32,000 bases of DNA from Balneolaceae bacterium. GTDB taxonomy: Bacteria > Bacteroidota > Rhodothermia > Balneolales > Balneolaceae. Shown one piece after another: positions 18,106 to 25,072 of the stretch (position 1 is the stretch's first letter; each line of letters opens with the position of its first letter). The notes below the pieces were generated by a model. That model did not search any database. It saw nothing but the letters and a program-made list of their open reading frames with translations, and was not told the origin of the DNA. The DNA is taken from assembly GCA_017640665.1 (NCBI GenBank), contig JAEPQE010000001.1, positions 481,262 through 513,261 of the forward strand, read 5' to 3'. The translations under genes were made by a program, and so were the position numbers.

Positions 18106-18924
18106 TTAATCGTCATTCTTATTCTCTTTGAAGTCTCTTTGCAAGTACGTACTCAACTTATCCTGAATGTAAAATGATGACTTCTTATCGTTAATCATCA
18201 GAATACCTTCCAAAATAAAATATTCCCTGAATTTATTAAGCTGAGCTACGTTTTTAAGCTTTTCAGCAACGGGATAGAAAATAAAACGTGCTAAAGAAAT
18301 TCCATATAAAGTGGTAATTAAGGCGGCTGCCAGGCCTGGCCCCATTCCGGAGGGATTCTCCAGTTGACCAAGCATTACAATCAGTCCAAAAAGTGTCCCA
18401 AACATCCCGAAAGAAGGCGCAGCTCCCCCCATTGCACGAAGTACATCCACCACAACCAGTTTTCTGAAATATTGCTCTTCTACATGGTTAGCACCGAAAT
18501 CATGAATGTCTTCAGAAGAATAATTCGTACTGAGTAAAGAGAACAAATACCCGGAAACTTCCGTCGAGTATTCGCTTTCTAACTTGGTTAAAGCATTCAC
18601 CCGATCCCCTTTAATCTGGTCGTTCCATTCAAGAATTTTTTCTAAATCCTGAGATAAAGTTTTAGCTGAGCTTTTCGATTGGCTGAAAATCAGAAAAATG
18701 CTTGAAAATGCCTTACCTACGTAACGTGGCTGATAGGTTATAAAAACGGCATTTAGCACACCCCCTAGTACAATAAATAAACTGGGAAGGTTTAAGAATC
18801 TGTAATCTGATAAAGCAGGTATTGAATTGATTATTGCTGTAGCGCCGGTGATCTCTGTGATTCCAAACACCAAAATCCCAACACTAAAAATTACCCCTAA
18901 AAAATTTGTTATTGAAAGCCTCAT
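18106..18924 (-). CDS. motA: MotA/PomA-type stator proton-channel subunit (MotA/TolQ/ExbB superfamily)
   Basis: 272 aa with MotA-type topology: 2 TM, a ~100-aa cytoplasmic loop, 2 TM, and a ~50-aa tail. The conserved core is AAPSFGMFGTLFGLIVMLG...GPGLAAALITTLYGISLARFIFYPVAEKL, followed by EGILMI. Confidence 0.9.
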   Translation of the reverse strand: MRLSITNFLGVIFSVGILVFGITEITGATAIINSIPALSDYRFLNLPSLFIVLGGVLNAVFITYQPRYVGKAFSSIFLIFSQSKSSAKTLSQDLEKILEWNDQIKGDRVNALTKLESEYSTEVSGYLFSLLSTNYSSEDIHDFGANHVEEQYFRKLVVVDVLRAMGGAAPSFGMFGTLFGLIVMLGQLENPSGMGPGLAAALITTLYGISLARFIFYPVAEKLKNVAQLNKFREYFILEGILMINDKKSSFYIQDKLSTYLQRDFKENKNDD

Positions 18925-18925
18925 A

Positions 18926-19543
18926 TTAGTTTTCCTGCCCTCTTATCTCTTCAATTAAGGTTTCTAGTTCCGGAATACTCGGTACCGGAATATTTGGATC
19001 CATTTGCACTGCCCGCGTCCAGTTCGCTTGTGCGGCTGTTATATTTTCAAGCATGAAAAAGATGGTTCCTTTTAATGCGTAAGCATCTGCCGTTTCCTGT
19101 ATTTCAATGGTTTTGTCTACTTCTTCTAAAGCCTGGCGATATTCTCCCAGATAAAATAAATCCTGCGCTTTCCGATAACTGGATAATAAGCTTTGAATAT
19201 CTATTGCCCGGTTTTTAATTAAGGTGGAATCTTTAACCATGATAGAATCTTTTTCGGCGGGAGTCATCCCAGAAAGATCCAAGTAAAATTCATCTTGTGA
19301 AGGATCTAACTGAATTTGAATATTGGAACTACCATTTTTATAATTTACTGTTACTGATTCGCTTCTGGGCTGATTTCCAGTGGCACCTGTATTTGTATTG
19401 GATACTGTTTCCAGTTGCTGAGGAACCTCATTTGCAGACTCTCCCTGTATATTTTCTGATGATTTACAACCAATCAACAGTAACACTAGTGAAAGAATCA
19501 GAGACCCGGTAAATCTAGAAGCGAATGACACCCTGTATTCCAT
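18926..19543 (-). CDS. TPR-repeat lipoprotein
   Basis: Lipobox (LLLIGC). C-terminal TPR-like helices (AQDLFYLGEYRQALEEVDKTIEIQETADAYALKGTIFFMLENITAAQANWTRAVQMDPN). The ORF-track start at 19549 is TTG; the first ATG is at 19543. Either start overlaps the upstream gene by 29-35 nt. Confidence 0.75.
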   Translation of the reverse strand: MEYRVSFASRFTGSLILSLVLLLIGCKSSENIQGESANEVPQQLETVSNTNTGATGNQPRSESVTVNYKNGSSNIQIQLDPSQDEFYLDLSGMTPAEKDSIMVKDSTLIKNRAIDIQSLLSSYRKAQDLFYLGEYRQALEEVDKTIEIQETADAYALKGTIFFMLENITAAQANWTRAVQMDPNIPVPSIPELETLIEEIRGQEN

Positions 19544-20603
19544 ATCCAATCTTGTTATAGGTTATTTTTTGATTGTTTTCCAGTGTTAAGGTTTCTCCCG
19601 AAAGTATGATACTACTGTAGACAGAGAGCCCTAAATTTTCACTTAAATTCAGTACAAGTCCCGGGCGCACTGAAAACATTTCACCTGACTCTTTACCAAG
19701 AGGTGTTTGAACATTCCCATTCAGATATAGCATAATTCTATACAAATTCAGGTCTTCCTTAACAGGAGTAATAGCCTGATAATAGGAGACTCCAAACTCT
19801 AATAAGGTTAAACTAAACTCATTTGCTTCGCGCGCATTTAGACTATGGAGTCCAGCCGTAAAACCTATATAAGCACTGTTCTCACTGTTTAGTGGCTGGC
19901 GATAGGTAAAAGTAGCATGTAAATCTACAACAATGTCTTTGAGTGAACTATCAGTCCCTGCACCGGTAGTATCAGGAATGAAAATAGAGTCTCCGGTTCG
20001 GGCGCCTACACCGAATTTAACCACTAACGTTTTTCCCTTATCAACTTCAATTTCCGGTTCCTTCTGATTTGAAATAAAGCTTTTGGTCCAAACTACCTCT
20101 CTGGAAACCGGATTCATCATACGGATTGCAATAACTAGTCCTTCGGGGACTCTTCTTTGTAAGCTAAGTTCAACCAAACCCTGAACACCGTATTTGCTGG
20201 TAATTTCATTTAATAGCTCAGGAGATACATCAGCTAATGAACGTCCTCTTACATTCAGTATCTGGAGTGTACTGTCGCTCCCCACAATCTTCATTTTGTC
20301 GTTAGGCTCAAGTTCGGGTGGGGAAAGAATCGTTAATCCCGCATACTGACGAAATGCATATTCTACTTCTGACCGGATGTACTCTACTTCTTCCGTAGAA
20401 AAGCGAAAAGAACTATAGTTGATCTTATAAACAGCAATCCTTCGAATATTTACCGGAATATCGTTGAGCTCACTATTCATCTGCCCGATAATCTGATCCA
20501 TAAGATAAGGATCACCACTTTCATGAGATTGTGCTAAACCACTTTGAATTACAATAACGCTTAAAAAGCAGCTGAATAACACCGAGTATAATACCCTTTT
20601 CAT
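19515..20603 (-). CDS. Secreted protein with an N-terminal alpha/beta domain and a beta-barrel-like C-terminal half; probable outer-membrane protein
   Basis: Signal peptide (SVIVIQSGLAQS). The N-terminal half resembles the CsgG/LpoB/FlgO-type pattern by eye (IRRIAVYKINY... GVQGLVELSL...GLVIAIRMMNPVSREVVWTKSF). The C-terminal half has alternating-hydrophobic strands and ends in ...GIQGVIRF, an OMP-type terminal aromatic. Confidence 0.6.
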   Translation of the reverse strand: MKRVLYSVLFSCFLSVIVIQSGLAQSHESGDPYLMDQIIGQMNSELNDIPVNIRRIAVYKINYSSFRFSTEEVEYIRSEVEYAFRQYAGLTILSPPELEPNDKMKIVGSDSTLQILNVRGRSLADVSPELLNEITSKYGVQGLVELSLQRRVPEGLVIAIRMMNPVSREVVWTKSFISNQKEPEIEVDKGKTLVVKFGVGARTGDSIFIPDTTGAGTDSSLKDIVVDLHATFTYRQPLNSENSAYIGFTAGLHSLNAREANEFSLTLLEFGVSYYQAITPVKEDLNLYRIMLYLNGNVQTPLGKESGEMFSVRPGLVLNLSENLGLSVYSSIILSGETLTLENNQKITYNKIGYGIQGVIRF

Positions 20604-20606
20604 CGA

Positions 20607-22430
20607 TCAGGCCTCAGTTTTCATTTTTCTTCTAACTGCATAAAGCATAGTCTTCTGTGCATCTTCAATATCCCTTGCCGGTGCTTCCGATGGATTATCA
20701 ATTTCAGAAAGTATCAACTGCTGCTCACGTTTTGGACGAACACGAAGCACTTTTTCACGAACTGCAGCCGGAGCTGTTCTTAATGCAAGGATGATGGTCT
20801 CGGTAGGTATTTCTTCTAGTGCAGACTGTACAAACTCATCTTTAACTTTTGGAAGGTCATCGAAGCCAATAAAGAATTTCCTGATCTTTTTGGCCAGATT
20901 TAAGTCCTGTTCCGCTATGGAGCGTACATAATCATCCTGCTCTGAAAGAGGTAATGTCTCTATGGTTGTCAGAATGGTATCCACACCATCAGCGGCTACA
21001 TACTTCATATCAGAAACTGAAAGCGCCTTGTTTGAAAAATGAGCTGCAACCTTCTTGTATACCGAAATAGGGATGTTATTAATCTTACCCATTTTAAGAA
21101 GAATGGAAATCCGTTTTTGATCATCCATTTTCTGTAAAATCACTCCAGCACGCTCTCCTGCAACTTGTGCTAGTAAAATAGAAACCATTTCATCAGACTC
21201 TTCTTTCATTAAATGTAGAAGTTGCTGATCCGTAAGTTGATAAATAAAATCAAAAAGATTCGACCCTGAATCCGGCGAGCTTTTTGAAGCTTTAATTTGT
21301 TGGATGCTTCTTCTGAAAGACCGTGCTTCCTCAATTCGCTCATCCAAAGGAATCGGATCTGTGTTTGCTATACCAAAGCGAATCGTTTCGTACGTCTCTG
21401 CATTCAAATATGGTTCAAGCACATTTAACAGCTTCTCATCCACGCTTACAAAACTTCTTACCGCCCTGATAACCCCTTGCTCTTCATCGCTTGCAATCCA
21501 TTGGTGAACTAAGTCTGAAACAACTTTAGGAGTGCTAATACAGGTATTTGTTAAATAGGTCTTATCCTCCTCGAACAAAGCAAGGGTTTTTGCATCAGGC
21601 CCACTACTTTCTTTTTTGCCAGATTCATTTGCTCCCTGATTTGCCATCCCTTCAAACATTGGATATGGGTATGGTAGTGTTTCCTCTTTCTTTGGCTTCC
21701 TCAGGAATGCAAATAGCATCGCGATCAGAAATAATGCAGCCAAAGCAGCTATCACATACATAAGATGTTGAGGGTTATTCCAATCAATCCCTAAAAACAT
21801 ATTTTCTTCTGGTTGTTGAGCAATTTCCTGTGGTACAATTTGTTCTGTCTGAGGCTCTTCTATTTGGGATACAGGTCTTCTTGCATCTTGCTCGATAGCA
21901 CGGGCACTTCTCGGAAAAACCTTCCTCTCCACAGATACTATATCTCCCCTGAACCGGTCTGCATTAGAAATGAGTGTAGCTGCTTCTTCAACAAATTCGA
22001 CATCTTCCTCGCTATAAGAAGTATCTACAAGCACCTTAATATTGAGACGGGTTAATCGAAACCGGGTATCAAAACCCGAAGCTTTCAGGCTATCGCGCTG
22101 AGGCTGAGTACTCGTTCTTAAATTTGGAGGAATAAATGGCAGTCCGGGAAGGTTTTCTAGTTTGATAGGTTCTTCACCTTCTACAACTTCGTAACCCCTG
22201 GCCACCAGAACGCGATCTAAGGTCGCTTTTACATCAACAATGTAGGTACCTGATTTGTAGTAATCAGATAGAGCATTGTCTAATACTACCTCATAGTATT
22301 GTTCATACTTCGTTGCCTCTTCCTGAATATCGGGAGCAACCGATTGTCCGGGCAGAGTTTGTGCATGCGCGACTACTCCGTAGATAGCGATCAAAATGGT
22401 GAGCAGCCATTTTTTAGTTATCTCAACCAT
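20607..22430 (-). CDS. FliF-like/FliG-like fusion: signal or TM1, ~200-aa periplasmic domain with a ring-building-motif-like end, TM, and a full FliG-like (N/M/C) cytoplasmic module
   Basis: aa 1-23 are hydrophobic (LLTILIAIYGVVAHA/Q). aa 125-172, RLTRLNIKVLVDTSYSEEDVEFVEEAATLISNADRFRGDIVSVERKVFP, resemble the last RBM of FliF/SctJ. The TM spans aa 223-243 (LMYVIAALAALFLIAMLFAFL). A FliG_M-like segment is MKEESDEMVSILLAQVAGERAGVILQKMDDQKRISILLKMGKI. A FliG_C-like segment is FIGFDDLPKVKDEFVQSALEEIPTETIILALRTAPAAVREKVLRVRPKREQQLILSEI...DIEDAQKTMLYAVRR. Confidence 0.8.
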   Translation of the reverse strand: MVEITKKWLLTILIAIYGVVAHAQTLPGQSVAPDIQEEATKYEQYYEVVLDNALSDYYKSGTYIVDVKATLDRVLVARGYEVVEGEEPIKLENLPGLPFIPPNLRTSTQPQRDSLKASGFDTRFRLTRLNIKVLVDTSYSEEDVEFVEEAATLISNADRFRGDIVSVERKVFPRSARAIEQDARRPVSQIEEPQTEQIVPQEIAQQPEENMFLGIDWNNPQHLMYVIAALAALFLIAMLFAFLRKPKKEETLPYPYPMFEGMANQGANESGKKESSGPDAKTLALFEEDKTYLTNTCISTPKVVSDLVHQWIASDEEQGVIRAVRSFVSVDEKLLNVLEPYLNAETYETIRFGIANTDPIPLDERIEEARSFRRSIQQIKASKSSPDSGSNLFDFIYQLTDQQLLHLMKEESDEMVSILLAQVAGERAGVILQKMDDQKRISILLKMGKINNIPISVYKKVAAHFSNKALSVSDMKYVAADGVDTILTTIETLPLSEQDDYVRSIAEQDLNLAKKIRKFFIGFDDLPKVKDEFVQSALEEIPTETIILALRTAPAAVREKVLRVRPKREQQLILSEIDNPSEAPARDIEDAQKTMLYAVRRKMKTEA

Positions 22431-22431
22431 G

Positions 22432-22492
22432 TTCGAACCCCTGTCGAGTGTTATTTTAGCCTGTTTTGTAGATAATTATACTTTCGAACCCC
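22432..22492 (-). promoter_or_regulatory. Two direct copies of GGGGTTCGAA (minus-strand sense) in the leader of the FliG-like operon, one embedded in a small hairpin next to a TATAAT
   Basis: Plus-strand ttcgaacccc occurs at 22432-22441 (abutting the ATG at 22430) and at 22483-22492. The second copy forms the loop and stem of the hairpin atactt-tcgaacccc-aagtat (22478-22498). The minus strand reads ...GGGGTTCGAAAGTATAATT... Confidence 0.35.
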
Positions 22493-22677
22493 AAGTATGC
22501 GGAAATTTTTCAAGTTTTCCACATAATTAATAAAAAAAGTACATAATTCTAACACCCTTATCTTCCTGTTATAAACCTTTAATAATGAGCGTTAATATAC
22601 TTAGAAGACTATTTACAGGTTTATTGATCTAAAACTTATCCACATTTTAATATAGATTCAGTAAAGAAATCTAATCC

Positions 22678-25044
22678 CTACCTGCTAACAATTTCGAATT
22701 TATGCTCCAGTCGCTCTCCGTATTCATCTACAAGAGTTAATCTATACTTGCCTGGTTCTGGAGAAATAGAAATTTGATGGAAATGATTGGTCTCCCCTAA
22801 AAACTGATCGTTAAGATGCCAATATACTTTCGTATCCGGTTGCCTATGTGCAACTTCAAATACCGCTTTTCCGGAGTTACCATCTAATTCCATCGGCACA
22901 TAAATGCTCGATGCTCTGAATGGGTAAATAAGCTTCATCGATAAGTCCTGCTGCTCACATCCAACAGCTACCGGTGGAAGGTTTTTATATTCAGGATGAG
23001 ATTTTCGGTAATACCACTCCTGATCAGCTGGTAAAACAAACCACTTTTTGGTCTTTAGTTGTGAAACCTCAGTACACGCACTATTTACACGGTGAGTTTC
23101 CAAATTATTTACGTGTACTAACTTATGATACGGACAAATCTTCGCTTTCAAGCCCGATTTGGGAACTGAGACCGTATCAACTTTTTCACAATATTGCCCA
23201 GCACGATGACCACTAAGTGCGCACACTTCAGTTTTTTCCAATTCATAAACAGGTTCGTTAAACCAACTGGTTTCCGGAAGTGAATTAAAGACATCAAATA
23301 GAACCGGACCTGCCGTTTTAATCCCAGTCAGATTGGGTCTTCCCTCTCCATCTGCATTACCTACCCATACACCTACAACATATTCGGGAGTAACTCCTAC
23401 CGCCCATCCGTCTCTGTGACCATAGCTTGTTCCGGTTTTCCAGGCTACTTTCCGGGCATTATCAAACCTCCTCCAAAAAGATTCTTCTTCCGGTCGCACA
23501 ACTTCTTTCATTGCTTCGAAAGTACTCCAGACCGCACCACTACTTAGTTGAAACCCTAACTCAGCGATATTCGAATTCTCAAAATCAATACTCTTGAATA
23601 GGTTGGATTCCTTCGGGTTACCGGCATCATATTCATTCAATTGATAAGCAAGAGAAGCATAGGTTGACGTTATTTCAATTAGTGAAGCCTCGGCACCGCC
23701 CAGAATGAGTGTAAGCCCGTAGTGTTCCGGAGCTTTGGTGATGGTGCTCAATCCAAACTCATTGAGGTAATGATGGAACTTCGGAACACTAAACTCCTGA
23801 AGCATATATACCGCAGGTACATTCAGTGATCTTGCAAGTGCCTCTGAAGCCGGTACTGCTCCTGAATAGGTTCTTGTGAAGTTTTTTGGAGAATACTCTG
23901 AAAACCGTGAAGGAACATCTGGCACGAGTGTATTAGGTAACAACTCGCCTTGGTTCAGTTTTAGCGAATACAAAAGTGGTTTAAGAATACTACCAGTGCT
24001 TCTCGGAGCGACTACTACATCTACCTGATTGCTGTGCTCACTCCCGGAATTCGTATTTCCAACATAGGTGATTATGGACTGAGATTTAACATCCAGAACA
24101 ACCACCCCCATGTTATATATTCCATTCGCCTTTAGTTGCTGGTGGTGATATTCAACAATACCATTCACTCGCTGCTGGATTTTTTGATCGATTCCTGATT
24201 GGACTTTCTTTCCGGATTGTTCTCCTGAATAGAACCGCGCAAGATAATGGCGAGCGGCATTCGGTAATTTATGTGGCTTTTTAGGTAGTGGCTCAAGAAC
24301 TGCAAGTTCAAAGGTTAATGAGTCTATCTTCCCTTGTTGGTAGAGTCTTTCCAACAGGCGGTCACGTTTGGCTTTAAGAACGTCTCTGTTTCGGCCAGGA
24401 TGGATAAGCGCCGGACTATTGGGAAGTATTGCAAGCATGGTGGCTTCTGCCCAGGAAAGACTTTCCGGACTTCTTCCAAAATATCTCCAGGATGCGGCTT
24501 CAAGGCCAACAACATTACCGCCAAAAGGTGCATGAGCAGCATATAGACTCATGATCTCTTCTTTTGAATAGGAAAGCTCAAGTCGGGTAGCCTGAATCAT
24601 CTCTTTGAGTTTTTCCAAGACCGTTCTATCCGGGTTTTGTTTGGCCAGTCTGATGACTTGCATGGTAAGCGTACTTGCCCCACTAATAACTTCGCCAGCT
24701 TCAAAGTTTTGAACAACAGCTCGGCCTATCGCTACCGGATCTATTCCAGGGTGGCGATAAAAGTTATTATCCTCAAACTCTATAATTGCTGTTTTGAACT
24801 TTTCAGGAATCTCTTTTGATACCGGAAACCTCCACTGATGATCGTCAGCAATTTTAGCCCCCAGTAATTCTCCATGTTTATCTTCCAGCACAGTACTGTA
24901 GCTGGAGTTGAATAACGGGTATGGAAGGGAGTGATAGTAAACCATTAGTAGTAACAAAGTAAAAGCCATATAAAACCCTCCTCTCAACCTCCTCCAATGG
25001 AGGAAAGGCTTTTTCCCTGGCTTGTTTTCTTTTCTGGTATGCAT
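22678..25044 (-). CDS. pbpC: Penicillin-binding protein 1C (bifunctional glycosyltransferase/transpeptidase)
   Basis: GT51 motif EDNNFYRHPG, transpeptidase motifs STGSILKP (SxxK) and WKTGTS (KTG), and the C-terminal PbpC-type domain. It starts 28 nt after the alpha-2-macroglobulin stop. Confidence 0.95.
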   Translation of the reverse strand: MHTRKENKPGKKPFLHWRRLRGGFYMAFTLLLLMVYYHSLPYPLFNSSYSTVLEDKHGELLGAKIADDHQWRFPVSKEIPEKFKTAIIEFEDNNFYRHPGIDPVAIGRAVVQNFEAGEVISGASTLTMQVIRLAKQNPDRTVLEKLKEMIQATRLELSYSKEEIMSLYAAHAPFGGNVVGLEAASWRYFGRSPESLSWAEATMLAILPNSPALIHPGRNRDVLKAKRDRLLERLYQQGKIDSLTFELAVLEPLPKKPHKLPNAARHYLARFYSGEQSGKKVQSGIDQKIQQRVNGIVEYHHQQLKANGIYNMGVVVLDVKSQSIITYVGNTNSGSEHSNQVDVVVAPRSTGSILKPLLYSLKLNQGELLPNTLVPDVPSRFSEYSPKNFTRTYSGAVPASEALARSLNVPAVYMLQEFSVPKFHHYLNEFGLSTITKAPEHYGLTLILGGAEASLIEITSTYASLAYQLNEYDAGNPKESNLFKSIDFENSNIAELGFQLSSGAVWSTFEAMKEVVRPEEESFWRRFDNARKVAWKTGTSYGHRDGWAVGVTPEYVVGVWVGNADGEGRPNLTGIKTAGPVLFDVFNSLPETSWFNEPVYELEKTEVCALSGHRAGQYCEKVDTVSVPKSGLKAKICPYHKLVHVNNLETHRVNSACTEVSQLKTKKWFVLPADQEWYYRKSHPEYKNLPPVAVGCEQQDLSMKLIYPFRASSIYVPMELDGNSGKAVFEVAHRQPDTKVYWHLNDQFLGETNHFHQISISPEPGKYRLTLVDEYGERLEHKFEIVSR

Positions 25045-25072
25045 TCTTAAATCATTACTCTTACATCTTCAA

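Noticed and set aside
17402-18924. MotA/MotB pair interpreted as a Zorya (ZorAB) anti-phage system or as TolQR/ExbBD
   Set aside because: ZorA carries a very long C-terminal tail and is accompanied by ZorC/D or ZorE; here MotA is 272 aa and no such partners exist. TolQ/ExbB have 3 TM, and their TolR/ExbD partners lack an OmpA-like domain. The 4-TM topology, the MotB-type OmpA domain and the adjacent FliG-like gene all argue for the flagellar-stator type.
14877-19549. Tol-Pal-like reading of the locus (PD40 TolB-like protein, OmpA-like protein, TPR YbgF-like lipoprotein nearby)
   Set aside because: The gene order and content do not match ybgC-tolQRA-tolB-pal-ybgF. The PD40 protein lacks a TolB N-terminal domain and is separated from the rest by an AraC gene. 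The OmpA-like domain belongs to a MotB-type TM protein, not to a Pal lipoprotein.
22431-22500. GGTTCGAACCCC-like strings as tRNA T-arm remnants or att sites
   Set aside because: No complementary T-stem, acceptor strand or anticodon arm surrounds either copy, and they match neither the Arg nor the Met fragment beyond the generic TTCGAA core.
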